In this document: piece after piece, positions 13,090-26,347 of the stretch
Layout: the number at the start of each line of letters is the position of its first letter
How positions within the stretch are numbered: the first letter of the stretch is position 1
Assembly (NCBI RefSeq): GCF_006345805.1
Contig: NC_043003.1
Span: forward strand, 50,220,001-50,284,000
Source of the DNA: Octopus sinensis
Taxonomy: Eukaryota
Reading direction: 5' to 3'
DNA: 64,000 bases
Program-made: the position numbers and the translations under genes
Notes under the pieces: generated by a model
What the model was told of the DNA's origin: nothing
Seen by the model: the letters and a program-made list of their open reading frames with translations, nothing else
Databases searched by the model: none

Positions 13090-14503
13090 ATTTATTGAAA
13101 TCCAGACATAAATTGGAAAAATAATTCAAAAAAATACAGAGTTAGACTCTCCCTGTTTAAAACTATCGCGCAAGGTTCAATAATGTTGCAAAACAGGGAA
13201 ATTATGATAAGTTTCAATGATCTTCTTATGCAAAACATGAACAATAGTGTGTTTGACCACCACCTTTCTGAATTACTTCAAGGACACGCGATTTCATGCT
13301 CCCTATCAACTTCTGCAGCAGATTAAGTGGAAACTCTTTCCATGCCTTCTTTTTTGCCGTTTCAAGTTCAACAGATGAATACTGCTCACCTTCTCTGTAC
13401 ACAACATTCGTGAGATATTCTCAGGTATTTTCTATAGGATTAAGGTCGGGATTTCTTGCTGGCCATGACATGACTTCATTCACAATTGCATGGAGGAAAT
13501 CCAAAGTTGCTTTTGCTTTATGAATAGGATCATTGTCCTGTTGAAATATGAAGTTCTCACCAAAGAGCCTTCTTCCTTCTTCGTTAATGTGAGCCCCGTC
13601 CAGCATATCGATATATCGTGCAGCATTGAAAAGGGCCATCCACGATGACAAGCGGCAGCTTCTCATTGGCCGATATTGTTCCCCACTCCATAACACCTTC
13701 TCCGCTGTTCTGCCACTTGGAATAAGTAGAATTTTGCATACATTTATCTGTCCAGCAATATTTATAACCGTCGGTGCCATCCAAGTTCCATTTTTCCTCT
13801 TCAGAGGATATATCTCTGGTCCAGTAACCATCCCAATTCTGATGTTACCGAGCAAATTTCAATCTAACAGCTTTGTGGGAAGGAGACAATAACGGACGTC
13901 CTAGCTGCTTCTGCAAATGAAAACCATAGTTCAAAATCACTCTTCTTACTGTGGACATCGAGGCTCCTACCCCTTCTGAAGCCTAGATTTTGGAAACAGA
14001 AGTGAAGCATGACTTCTTCTCCGCTCTAACAATGGCCTTTTCATTCACTGGAACGTCCACCAGCATGAACCCTATTGTAGTCGTCAGTATCTTTCAGAAA
14101 ACTATTCACTGGCGTTCTGCTTCGCCGAATCCTCTCGGCAATCTCCCGGTTACTCATTCCTTCCACTTTCAGTCCAAGAATCCTCCCTTGCTCAATTTCA
14201 GAAAACTTTGTATCTTTAGGCATACTGGAAATGTAATCTGGATCACGGAAAATACGATTGAGTCAAATATTTTCTGAAACAATCTGGTAAGGAATGAAAA
14301 TACATTAGTGGCTTTATAGTTTTGAAGTGTTGATGTGCTAGAGAAAATTGGGAAATCAGGTGTCGTAATGTGATAATAAAGGTACAAGTTATTCACGAAG
14401 TATCCATTTACAATATATTATGGCAGTTCGTTCACTTAAACACCGAGCTAAATTTCTAAATAACTTTTAAAAAACATGTGGCTTTGTAGTTTTTGAATAG
14501 TAG
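13090..14503 (-). mobile_element. Decayed Tc1/Tc3-like DNA transposon (DD34E transposase pseudogene)
   Basis: N-terminal Tc3-like HTH (14041-14223, SEIEQGRILGLKVEGMSNREIA) and catalytic motifs FQQDNDPIH and WPARNPDLNPIEN (13421-13855). Frameshifted; only a right-end TIR-like sequence is visible; boundaries approximate. Confidence 0.85.
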
Positions 14504-14963
14504 TTTATTTCATAGGATCAACAAGTTCACATAATTGCTATTTTTGAAATCATCTCCTTTACGTATTGATTTTACATTTTAAAGCACACCCAAAGAGATT
14601 TTCGTCTATTAATTACATGTATGATGTCAATTAAAGCTTTTTTTTAAATACTGTTATATACTTGAGATTCTATAATGTGTATGTGTGTATGTATGTGTGT
14701 ATAGATGTATGTGTGTCTACGTGTATGCGTGTGTATGTGTGTGCGCGCGTACACGTGTGATTATTCAGATGTTGACATTTATTAAGCTAAACAACTTTAT
14801 ATCTCAGGTTCCAAAATTTTCAGAGTGTGTTCGGGGAATTTCGAAACTCGAAAGAAACAAGACTAGTCTTGTACTTTCAGTGGAATAAGCACATATCTAA
14901 CACGCTATGCATGTTATTGCATACTTTACATTATACTGTGGATCTCCCAAGTTATTAAATGGG

Positions 14964-15210
<247 letters not shown>

Positions 15211-16167
15211 CCATCTATCTACATAAATTCTTTCGCAGTTCCACTGAGTAAACACTTAGATACATGTGAAGAAGGAAAATGTAAGAACTTTCCCTTCTAT
15301 AAATGCCCAACGAATGACACCTTCTTCAGGGAAAAAAATGGAAAAATACTTCATAACAAAGTTCTCCCCCAAACTGAATCGCTGAAAATATTTCTGTAAT
15401 GATTTGTACTGGATGAAGGATCAATTTTGTAAAGTAAATTGCATGAAGCACACACACACACACACACACACATACACGCACAAAGTACTATACATATGTA
15501 CATATATACATACACAGAAACAGTCTTACATCCAGATTCTCCAACCCATACCAGCACAGGAATCAAACATTGGATTGAAAGAACTGAACTGCGGTATAGA
15601 TGTCAACAAAATTTTTTCTTCTTCCTTCTTTCTTTCTGTCTCTTTTCCATTAACACACCTTTCAGATACACAGGCACCCCCCCACACACACACAAACTCA
15701 CAAAAGAACACATACACACTCTCTCTCACTGGACAATGATGAAAAGAAATCCAGATAATTTTTTGAAAAATAACATTTACCCTCCTTGGAGTAGCCACCT
15801 GGTTTTGCCATTTCTAAAGGCCAAGAATCACTTTCTATGGAAAGAAGTGACCAGCTGCAAAGAAGTAAACACATTTTTCTTGTTTCTCTCTTCTTCCTTT
15901 CCTTCTCTTTTCCATTGACACTCCTTTCAGATATAAAGGCGCACGCACACACACACGCGCGCGCACTCTCACTTTCTTCCCATTCCTCACCCTCTTTTAG
16001 TATCCTATATCTCTCTCCACCCCTACACACTCAATAATACTATAAAGAGAGACAAATCTCCTGAAAAACTTCAATCTGAAGAATCCACTAGAGTAGATGC
16101 AAGCGCTATTTTATGATTTATAAAAACATGTGAGATATTAATAAAAATCTGTAAATATAAAACCATC

Positions 16168-16376
16168 TAGATTTCTGAGTACCTTGGCCCTTTGAAATAC
16201 AGGTACAATAGAAACAGGGAGAAAGAATGAGAGAAAGCTGTGGTTAAAGAGCACAGCAGGGTTCGCCACCACCCCCTGCTTTAAGTATTTTCGCTCAATA
16301 AACACTCACAACGTCCGGTCTGGGATCGAAACCGCGAGTCAGTCCGCTGCCCTAAACACTGAACCATTGCATCTCC
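16168..16376 (-). mobile_element. tRNA-derived SINE, family 3
   Basis: Reverse complement of the head at 39756 (ggag..gcaatgg..cagtg.ttagggcagcggact...ggtttcgatccc), with Pol III A/B-box-like motifs. Confidence 0.8.
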
Positions 16377-16393
16377 AAATATATATATGTATG

Positions 16394-16465
<72 letters not shown>

Positions 16466-16466
16466 G

Positions 16467-16514
<48 letters not shown>

Positions 16515-17220
16515 CATATACACACACAAACACACACACATATATATATATATATATACAAGCATACTTTTCTCTCTCACGCTCGCACACACACACGCTT
16601 ACACACATATATATACATACATGCATGCATACGCATATATGCAAGTGAAGTGGATGTAAACATATCTAGGAAATCTATTAATATTTGACCGGTTATTCTT
16701 TATTTTGGTGGTGGTGGTGGTGGTGGTGGTGGGGATATATAATAGACGTATTAAATGCATTGCTATTATCTACTGCCCGACATAAATAATACATCTTTCT
16801 TTTATCTTTTTTAATGCATTATTATATGCAGTTAACAATACTATTTTCTTTGGTGTTTTCTGTTATTTGCTTGCTAATGTGTTGTTGTTTTTTTTTTTAT
16901 TTATTTCTATATTTTTTGTATAGCAATACATTGATGTATCCAATATTTAAAGTCCGAATGTGAGATCTTCAAAAATACTGTTTGATGATTCTGATTGTAA
17001 ATTTTATTTTAGGAATAATACTTTGTAGTAATAATACGTACCATAGTAATATTTCATAATATAAAGAAATATAAAACGTAAGAGGATTAGTTGTCAAACG
17101 CCATTATTAATGTGGTCAATAAATTTTTTAAAAAGCAATAAATGAAAAACAGTAAAAATTATTTTATAAATTCCACTTTTAAAGTATCAAAACATTTTCC
17201 GTAGCCAGCCTGAAACAACC

Positions 17221-18009
17221 GTAGTAGTAGTAGTTATGATGGTGGCAGTAGTATTAGTAGTGGTAGTAGCAGCAGTATTAGTAGTAGCAGCAGCAGCAGT
17301 ATTAGTATTAGTATTAGTAGTAGTAGTAGTAGTAGTAGTAGCACCAGCAGTAGTAGTAGTAGTATTAGCAGTAACAGTAGCACCAACAGCAGCAGTAGTA
17401 GTAGTAGTAGCAGTAACAGTAGCACCAGCAGCAGCAGTAGTAGTAGTAGCAGCAGCATTAATATTTGTAGTAGTAGTAGTATTAGTAGTAGTAGCAGCAG
17501 CAGCAGTATTAGTATTAGTAGTAGTAGTAGCACTAGCAGCAGCAGTATTAGTAGTTGTGGCAGTAGTAGTAGTAGTTGTAGTAGTGGCAGCAGCAGCAGT
17601 AGTAGTAGTAGTAGTAGTAGTGGCAGCAGCAGAAGCAGTAGTAGCAGCAGCAGCAGTATTAGTAGTATTAGTAGTAGTAGTAGTAGTAGTAGTAGCACCA
17701 GCAGCAGTAGTAGTAGTATTAGTAGTAGTAGTAGCAGTAACAGTAGCGCCAACAGCAGCAGCAGTAGTAGTAGTAGCAGTAACAGTAGCACCACCAGCAG
17801 CAGCAATAGTAGTAGCAGCAGTATTAATATTTGTAGTAGTAGTATTAGTAGTAGTAGCAGCAGTATTAGTATGAGTATTAGTAGTAGTAGTAGCACTAGC
17901 AGCAGCAGTATTAGTAGTTGTGGCAGTAGTAGTAGTAGTAGTAGTAGTAGTGGCAGCAGCAGCAGTAGTAGTAGTGGCAGCAGCAGCATCAGTAGTAGTG
18001 GCAGCAGCT

Positions 18010-18056
<47 letters not shown>

Positions 18057-18085
18057 TGTAGTAGTAGTAGTAGTAGTAGTGATGG
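17221..18085. repeat. Compound (TAG/CAG/TAT)n trinucleotide array with ~365-bp higher-order duplication
   Basis: Read directly. Marker words ttaatatttgtag, gcagtaacagtagc and gcactagcagc recur ~365 bp apart. Confidence 0.95.
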
Positions 18086-18700
18086 CAAAATTCTTGCCAG
18101 CTTGAGATAGTCGAAGTTATAGGTATAACAGTGGTAAATTTAGCGTAGAAATGCTTCAGATAATCAATTGCTAAGTTTGAACACTTAGCAAAGACAACAT
18201 CTATCGATTCCTAAACGGTTACGCACAACGTATACACTTTGCAAAACAGGGTCCTGCTTGGTTTGAGAATGAAGGTGCTGCTGGCTAGGAATAAGGTGAA
18301 GAGGTTGGAGGAGGTAGTTCTTGAACCCAGGCGGTGAATTTTGTTTAAATCATCTTTTTCCGTTTTATCTTTGCATATTTCCCAATAAAAACGTATAGCT
18401 TTCCGAATATTGTATCAACTTTGACAAATCTTTTGGTATTCTGAATGACGATTTTTAAACTGGGGATTAAAAATCCTTGTATAAAAGCGAGAAAATACAT
18501 CAGTCAAACCCTTTAGATGAAAACTTCCTTGGTTGTTGTTGTTGTTGTTGTGTTGTTGTTGTTCTTCTTCTTCTTCTTCTTCTTCTTCTTCTTTGCTTTT
18601 CCTTACCTCTACAATTCTCGATGTGCAGTTCGCTTGATTCGTTGTCCAATATCCGTTCTAATTCACACCGAATACTCATATATATAAAATAAATAAATGC

Positions 18701-18942
18701 ACCCTTTTAAAGCCTAGCCAGGCACATGGGCCCGGTTTCCCGGTTTCAATGGCGTATGTGTTCCCCAGCTGGAGGGGACGCTAGTCCAATGCAGCGTTAC
18801 TCATTTTTGCCAGCTGAGTGGACTGGAGCAACGTGAAATGAAGTTTTTTACTCAAGAACGCAACGCGTCGCCTTGTCCAGGAATCGAAACCACAATCTTA
18901 CGATCATGATGCTGACACCGTAACTACTAAGCTACGCGCCTC
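18701..18942 (-). mobile_element. tRNA-derived SINE, family 3 variant
   Basis: Head ggaggcgcgtagcttagtagtta...gtggtttcgattcc on the minus strand. The 3' part matches 49257-49360. Confidence 0.8.
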
Positions 18943-19190
18943 CACTATACATTCGTATATGCAGATGTAAAATGTTGAGTGCATTGGAGAATGTGACATT
19001 TTCAAAACATTTGCAGCACTACTGCTTCATCATCGGATGATGTTGAAGCTTGGTCAAACGTTGATCAAAAATAATAACCTTTAAATGATGCTGTAGCTCA
19101 TTGTGGTTAGGTGACTTGGGAATTGCGCACATACACACAACCACACACAAACACACACACATGCATACCGATCTGAGGGAGAGAGAGCTG

Positions 19191-19620
19191 GGATCTTTTC
19201 TAAAAGAAAGCCAGATTTTTCTAGTTAACTAAATAATACACAACAAAAACACACACACACACACAAAAACACACACGCACACACATACACAACAAAAACA
19301 CACACACACAGGTAATCGGTCCGTAAGTCAGGGATGACATTGAAATAAACATGCCTTTGAAGACAGAAAACAGAAGACTGATAAGGATGAATAACACGGC
19401 AGTAAATGAATTGAGGTCAAAACAGAGAATACGATTGGTTAAAACAGAGAATACGATTGGTTAAAATTCGAAGAATTAAACTACGTAAAAGTTAGAAAAT
19501 ACATTTTTCTCCAAAAAACTAATTGAAATTAATGTTTTCTTTTGACACATTCTACCAGTATACGAAGTTTCAAATTATTTAGTTAACTAGAAAAATCTGG
19601 CCTTCTTTTAGAAAAGATCC
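19191..19620. mobile_element. MITE with ~47-bp TIRs (GGATCTTTTCTAAAAGAA...) and 8-bp TSD GAGAGCTG; Merlin-like
   Basis: TIRs and identical 8-mers at 19183-19190 and 19621-19628 are read directly. There is an internal 22-bp tandem duplication. Superfamily inferred from GG..CC termini plus 8-bp TSD. Confidence 0.85.
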
Positions 19621-19859
19621 GAGAGCTGTTGTGTAAAGAGTTTGACTTTCAACAGCATTTCATCTCCCTAAACTGTAAAAGTCTATAGAGAAGGCATAAA
19701 CATCACATATCCAATTCATCAAACCCTGAAGTCTGACAATGTTATCATCCGTTGACTTATACAACCAATCACGCGAGAGTTCATAATTATTAGCCTTATT
19801 CGTTAGCTTAATTGTTTTGGAGAAATAACATATTTCCTTTTCTTTGTACATAGCTTGCC

Positions 19860-20059
19860 GGTCCGTCGCAGGTGAGCTGCAAGATGCGGGAGGAAAGTTG
19901 TGACGAAAGAGTCAGCAGAAGTTCGCCATTCCCTTCTGCCGGAACCGCTTGGAGCTTAGGTGTTTCGCTCATAAACACACACATCGCCCAGTCTGAGATT
20001 CGAACCCACGATCCCTCAACCGCGAGTCTACTGCTCTAACCACTAGGCCATGTGCCTCC
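19860..20059 (-). mobile_element. tRNA-derived SINE, family 3 variant
   Basis: Minus-strand head ggaggcacatggcctagtggttagagcagtagactcgcgg...gggttcgaatctc. Confidence 0.8.
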
Positions 20060-20111
20060 ACATTTCTGATGATTACAACCCACACTCTTTCTTTCGCACA
20101 CTCACTCCTTT

Positions 20112-20181
<70 letters not shown>

Positions 20182-20784
20182 TCCCTTCCTTTCTTTCTTT
20201 TCTGTCTGTCCGCCCGTCTGTCTGTCTGTATGTGAGTATACTTGTGAGCAAGTGCATTTGCGTCTAAGCATACATGGTGGTGTTTATATGTATGTATGTA
20301 TATACATAGATGACACCGTGTTTATTCTATTCTTTTATCTCTTCAGATTCATTCCAAAGTAGAATAGTCTGATAATTCTAATTCAGAAACAGAAATACAT
20401 CGCTCGAATTTAGACATTTACAACTGTATAAAGCCATAAGCAAAGATGTCTTACACATTTTTAGTAGTTCATTTACACATTGAATTTACACAATACGTGT
20501 TAGATGTTATTAGTTGCTTTAAAAAAATATCCAAACTTTTCAAGATATTGTTTAAGCACTTAGCAACGTAACCAAGCAAGTGAATGATTACAAGTACGAA
20601 TGTGAGTTTATGAACGGAGTAGAAGCGGTATATGTTTCTAATTGATAGCCCATAGAGGTTCTGTTTCTCATCACATCTGTTGGACATATGGTTATGATTG
20701 CTCTACGCTTGTTTAAAGGACAATTTGATAGGAGCTTTCCACCAAAATTCCTTCTATTGAAATCCCCAAATTCCTTTTATTGAA

Positions 20785-20970
20785 TGTGACCGCGTGTGTA
20801 TCGTTGGTGATTTTCTTTATCCGTCTTCCCTTCCTTGGACTTTTCCTTTCTGACGAAGAGTTCCGCTCGAAACGTTAAAATCCTCCTTCTTTCTTTCCTT
20901 TCCTGAGCGTCCAATAACACTATACTTGTCCCACATCCTCGCGTTGTTATGTTTTCTCTTTGTTCATGTT
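20785..20970 (+). mobile_element. PLE pLTR fragment (family A) carrying a hammerhead motif
   Basis: Homologous to the reverse complement of 28040-28248. Confidence 0.7.
20847..20879 (+). ncRNA. Minimal type I hammerhead motif
   Basis: TTT-CTGACGA-A-GAGT-tcc-GCTC-GAAA-CG-TT-AAA. Core intact, stem I weak, ACGT palindrome in place of stem III. Confidence 0.7.
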
Positions 20971-21366
20971 CTAAATATCATTGTCCGCATGTTTCTTCCT
21001 GTATATAGTTTTAGTAAGAATGACATAAGACACGGCGAGGTAACAAGTTGATGACATTTTGGGGCGGTTGCTGAGTGAATAATATGTGTAATGCCTTCCC
21101 TCTTCCGTAACTAGTTTGCAATTGTCTTTTAATAATACGATTTTGAAATGTGAGAATGCGAACTGGGAAATATCGTAAATGTTGTCTATCCAAGAGTGAG
21201 ACTTGCTGGTTATATAAATCTGCACGCGTGAGTATTTACTTACTTGCACCCATGGAAGAAGTAGTCACAAAGTCATGTGTACATTTAAGTACCCCATATA
21301 TATCCAAATAGAAATTCTTCATCACACATCGAGACAAGTAAATATTTAATTTATTTCTTAACGTAT

Positions 21367-21427
21367 TTACCGCTGATGACGAGAAAATTCTTTATGAATT
21401 AACTCAGAAATCGGACTGATTCGGTAA
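21367..21427 (+). ncRNA. Type I hammerhead motif
   Basis: TTACCG-CTGATGA-C-GAG..AATTC-tttat-GAATT..CTC-A-GAAA-TCGGACTGA-TT-CGGTAA. Perfect 6-bp stem I. Confidence 0.75.
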
Positions 21428-21637
21428 TAACGGATGTTTTAGAAATTTCTGTCAGCTTGCTTCGGGACGCGTGCTTATAGTGATAAATTATATGTGATTA
21501 TTGAGGATTTAAAGTCTATTTTCGGCATATTTGGCATTGGAATTTTTTTTCTTTTGCCCTTGTTTATAAATTTCACCTTAAAAGGTATTTTTTAATATGC
21601 TGGCCACTGATAAAATTTTTTTGAACATTTTATCCTT

Positions 21638-21672
<35 letters not shown>

Positions 21673-21785
21673 TAAAATTTATCTGCTAAGGCCAGATAAA
21701 TTAGCTGAAATTAGCTGAGATGGTAAACGTTTTTGATTTTCATTCCTTTCATGAATTTATCCCCTTTTTGTATGTCTAGCACACA

Positions 21786-21839
<54 letters not shown>

Positions 21840-21869
21840 TTATATATATATAAATATATATATATATTT

Positions 21870-22000
21870 CTCCCAACCACATCGTTCAGCCCTATTGCAC
21901 GGCACCTTGGGCAAGTGTCTTCTACTATAGTCGCGGGCCAATCAAGGCCTTGTGAGTGAATTTGGTTGACGGAAACTACAAGAATTCTATCATATGTGTA
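21870..22000 (+). mobile_element. SINE family 2 fragment
   Basis: ggcaccttgggcaagtgtcttctactatag...ccttgtgagtg, as in 30757. Confidence 0.75.
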
Positions 22001-22883
22001 TGTGCGTGTATGTATATGTTGTGTGTGTGTGTGCATGTCTTGTGTGCAGTGTGTGCGTGTGTGTATGCATGTGTGTGCGTGTATGTATATATTGTATGTA
22101 CGATCTTCATTTTAAGCTACCGAAAAAACCGTGGTTTATCTACGGAGAAACAAAAACATTTGTATATAATTGCATATATATATATTCACTATTAACCTGC
22201 ACTGTACTACTGCTTTAGTTATATATTTAGGTATATATATATATACACACACGCTTATTAATATACATGCATAAGGCGGTGAGCTGGCAGAATCGTTAGC
22301 AGAACATGGATATTAAATAATGATGATTTCACACGCACAAAAATATGCACAACACCCCCCCACACACACACACACGCACATACACACACACTCACACATA
22401 CATACATACATACATACATACATACATACATACATACATACATACATACATACACCTCTCCCCCCCCCCCACGCACACCATTATACGTGTGTGCGCGTGT
22501 GAATGTATTCTGAACAAGCTACCTACAGCGAAACTCCGATGTCACAGTCAATGAAATTACAGTAATACTCACGTATCAAGTCCTTTATCGGCTTGTCCTT
22601 TATTAGTCGTTATTATACTTTTAAATATCATTTAACGATGTAGTGTACATGTAAACATATATGTATGCATACATACGTAAATACGTAGGTACGTATATGC
22701 ACGCGTGAATGAAAATGCGTGTATATATGTTTATGAGAGAATATGATAATTATATATGCTTATATATTACAATGGAAATAGATTAATTAAATAGAATTAT
22801 TATACTTCTATTAACTACGAAGAATATACATAGAGAAATACAGCCCACCACTCCGCATTCTCTCTCTTTCTTTCTCTCTCTCT

Positions 22884-22886
<3 letters not shown>

Positions 22887-22977
<91 letters not shown>

Positions 22978-22983
22978 TAGATG

Positions 22984-23065
<82 letters not shown>
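22887..23065. repeat. Compound (TA)n-(GA)n-(TAGA)n microsatellite
   Basis: Read directly. Confidence 0.98.
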
Positions 23066-23066
<1 letters not shown>

Positions 23067-24020
23067 CACGCACACTCACAAGCACATGTATAATTTTATT
23101 GTATATTATGCTGTTGCAAATGTATATATAATTATAGATTTCCATGTTCAGTATTCACAATATAGACTTGTATATACACACATACGCATACATAGCAAAA
23201 ACAAACACAGAAATCACATAACTCGTATAACAATAGGCACTTGTAATTCAAGCTTCGGTTTGAATGGATGTTCTGTGCATGCGGATGCATACTTCAAGTA
23301 CAATTTCTGAATTGATATGCTTTTGTTATCAACAATATCATTACAAGATATACATGTAATATGTCTATATATTAGTACCAAGTCACCGTATACATTTCGT
23401 ACTAAAGCGAATTCTTCGCTAATGAGATTTTCAGTGGCACTTTTCTGAAGTTACAAACGTTCCTATTTCATTATACTTACTTCTTTCATTCATCTGTTTC
23501 ATTCTACTCTTTCTATCATTCTGCCTCTTCCTCATTCTTTCTTTCTTTCATCTCCCCCACTCCTTTCATATAAAAGTGTTTGTATAAGTCTGTGTAGCTT
23601 CTACGTATATATATATGAATTCTATAACGGAAAGAATCTCTTGCATTGTCTCAAACTTAGAAAGACCCCTATGCAAGATTTTCTAGCTCTACTCTCAGAT
23701 CTTAAATATTTCTAACTTTCTGCGAACATGCTCGGATGAAATCATCCAAAGGGTCCATTAACTGGAACTTGAGACCCCTAAATACCACATGTGAGCATTT
23801 AACCTCAATATTGCCTCTTTCTACGCCTCAGCACACTCTCTCCCATCTGTTGCCTTGCTAAGTCGTCTGAATCACTTCCATTAATCCCTACTGTTCTGGT
23901 CTTACTACTGACATTCATCAACTCCTGTCTATCATCGCAGTCGACACTTTCCTCAACCATACTTGCAAACAAATCTCAAACGTACACTTGGATCATGTTT
24001 GTTGGGCCTATTGCCTATTG

Positions 24021-24250
24021 CCGACCCCAGGACATTTATTTTTAAGCCTAGTGCTTATTCTATCGGACTCTTTTTCCGAACCGCTAGGCTACGGAGACGT
24101 AAACACACCGACACCGGTTGTCATGCGGTGATAGGAGGACAAGCACAAACACAAAGACACACACACATACACACATACATACACACACGCATGCACACAC
24201 ACATGCACGCACACACACACACACATACGACAGGCTTCTTTCAGTTTCTG
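24021..24250 (-). mobile_element. SINE family 2 fragment
   Basis: Reverse complement of the central and 3' part of 26539-26954. Confidence 0.8.
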
Positions 24251-24865
24251 TCTATTGACAGTAGAGATGGAAATCCACTCCATCTCTACTGAGGATTGGT
24301 ACATGAAAAAATGAACGCACCCATATATAGCTTAGCTTCAGCTACGACAGGAGATCAAGCTTTCCATATATAGCGATATAGCGCCAAAAATTTGTGAAGA
24401 TCAAGGAGTACCTAATATCCATTACAATTCGCCTTCAGGGTCCCTGGCTTCGGAAATGGAAGAACTCTTGCAGCAACTATCTACTAAAGTTGCTATACTG
24501 CAGCAATAGTACAACTGATGCTATCTGCAGGGCCACTCCTAATGTAAGACATATAAGCGGCTCGCTCAGAACTTACCCGCTAAAATGCTTATCAAACAAT
24601 CGACATCCCGACGATAAAATCTGATGGGTGCTGGCGGATGGCCCCATCCACAACACAGACATATCCCCACGTAATTACGTTGTTCATGAAATATAGTACA
24701 ACAAATAACACGAATGTTTTATCAGCAATACGATTCGACTTTTATAAATCAGAATCAAATAATATCTCCTCACATAAACATCATCTTCCAAATGATACTT
24801 TAAAAGGTACCAGGACATGAACAAAGAAATCGTAGCCACAGTAAAAGCAATGGAAGTAATATCTG

Positions 24866-25070
24866 TTACGGAGATGTACTTGCATAGCAAGTGATTTGAT
24901 CTGAGATCGTGTGCTGAAACGAAAACAATTGCAGCGTGAAGGTGTTTGTAAGCCATTTAAGAAACACACAAAAGCCGTTCGATTCACTTCAACATTTAAG
25001 TTTAATTTGTCAAAATATTTTCGTCGCTTTAAGACCGCGACCTGTTCACTGACAAAAATCTGTGCTGCAT
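24866..25070 (-). mobile_element. PLE-like pLTR copy (family G), inverted relative to 26290-26490
   Basis: ~200-bp reverse-complement match to 26285-26490. Confidence 0.75.
25006..25056 (-). ncRNA. Hammerhead-like motif with G3-C8 swapped core
   Basis: TTTGTCA-GTGAACA-G-GTCGC-loop-GCGAC-GAAA-ATAT-TT-TGACAAA on the minus strand. Confidence 0.7.
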
Positions 25071-26083
25071 CATCAGTAATATCTGTAGCCTGCAGTTAAA
25101 AGAAGCCAAGCCGTTATGATCGGCAAGACTTGAATTAGCATCAAGTGCTACTATAAATTACAAAGTGATAATTTATTTCAGTTATACATTCATTGTAGAG
25201 TGGCTGTATCATGACCACCTTAACAGTGCATTTAGGAAACACCTTAAAAGTTTTCTTATATATTAAAGTATATCATTATTAGGTTTTAAGTTTAATTTCT
25301 ATCCTTTTTCTAAATGTTGAATTAAATTTTCTCAATTTTATATAATAATATGAATTACTACCTCTCGTATCCCTCAATTCTAATTTCCACCCTTAATGCT
25401 TATATTACTTATCTCTTTTGTTTTACATTACATTCTCCTTTATTTAACAATCTAATTAGGTATTGGCCACCCCTAACTTCCCTTGTTCTAGTTACCACCT
25501 CTTCCCTACCAGTCATTCTCTTAATAGCAGCTCTGCGATATATTTTTAAGTAGATAAAGCAAGATATATGGCCCCAGTACAATGAGTGTCTGGAAGATAG
25601 TCTGACATTGATTGATTTATCACTATCACTTGATAACTCCCAATGGATTTAATTCTAAATGGTTGAAGACTATATACTGTATAAAACTTTCTAAACATAA
25701 ATAACTATGTCACCACTCATTTATATTTAACCCCCACTATTTTCCCTGTTACTCTCTAAATTATAGTAGGCTTAATAATATATGCAATATTTTCTAAATT
25801 CATTCTGCCACAGATATAACATAAGAAACAATGTAATTATTTTGCTTTCTGATATTGATATAAATTTGTTTAAAATGGTTTATCCTTTTTGTTTGAAATC
25901 TATATGGTCATCTGCATACTAAGAGAGCAGTTTCTTTCAAATTGATGTAAAGTTTTCATTTATCAATTATTTGGAGCCGCTTGAAACAGCCGTAATTATG
26001 TATTGACACTTTACATACTTGTTTCTTATTTACATATATATATAATGCAGCATGAAGTTTTTGTCAGCGAACTGGTCGCTGCA

Positions 26084-26191
<108 letters not shown>

Positions 26192-26223
26192 CACGTTAGA
26201 TTCACTTCAACATTTAAATTTAA

Positions 26224-26274
26224 TTTGTCAAAATATTTTCGTCGTTTTGAGACCGCGACCTGTTCACTGACAAA
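26224..26274 (-). ncRNA. Hammerhead-like motif with G3-C8 swapped core (left arm)
   Basis: Reverse complement of 26297-26347 with one stem II substitution. Confidence 0.65.
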
Positions 26275-26296
26275 ACTTCGTGCTGCATTGAAGTTT

Positions 26297-26347
26297 TTTG
26301 TCAGTGAACAGGTCGCGGTCTCAAAGCGACGAAAATATTTTGACAAA
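26297..26347 (+). ncRNA. Hammerhead-like motif with G3-C8 swapped core (right arm)
   Basis: Stem I TTTGTCA/TGACAAA (7 bp), core GTGAACA, stem II GTCGC/GCGAC, GAAA, palindrome AATATT, putative UUU site. Confidence 0.7.

Noticed and set aside
17234-18088. 284-aa poly-Leu and 212-aa poly-Val/Ala ORFs
   Set aside because: Products of the trinucleotide array; no domain or splice context.
23700-24640. Possible old LINE fragments
   Set aside because: Composition is suggestive, but I could not read a diagnostic motif.
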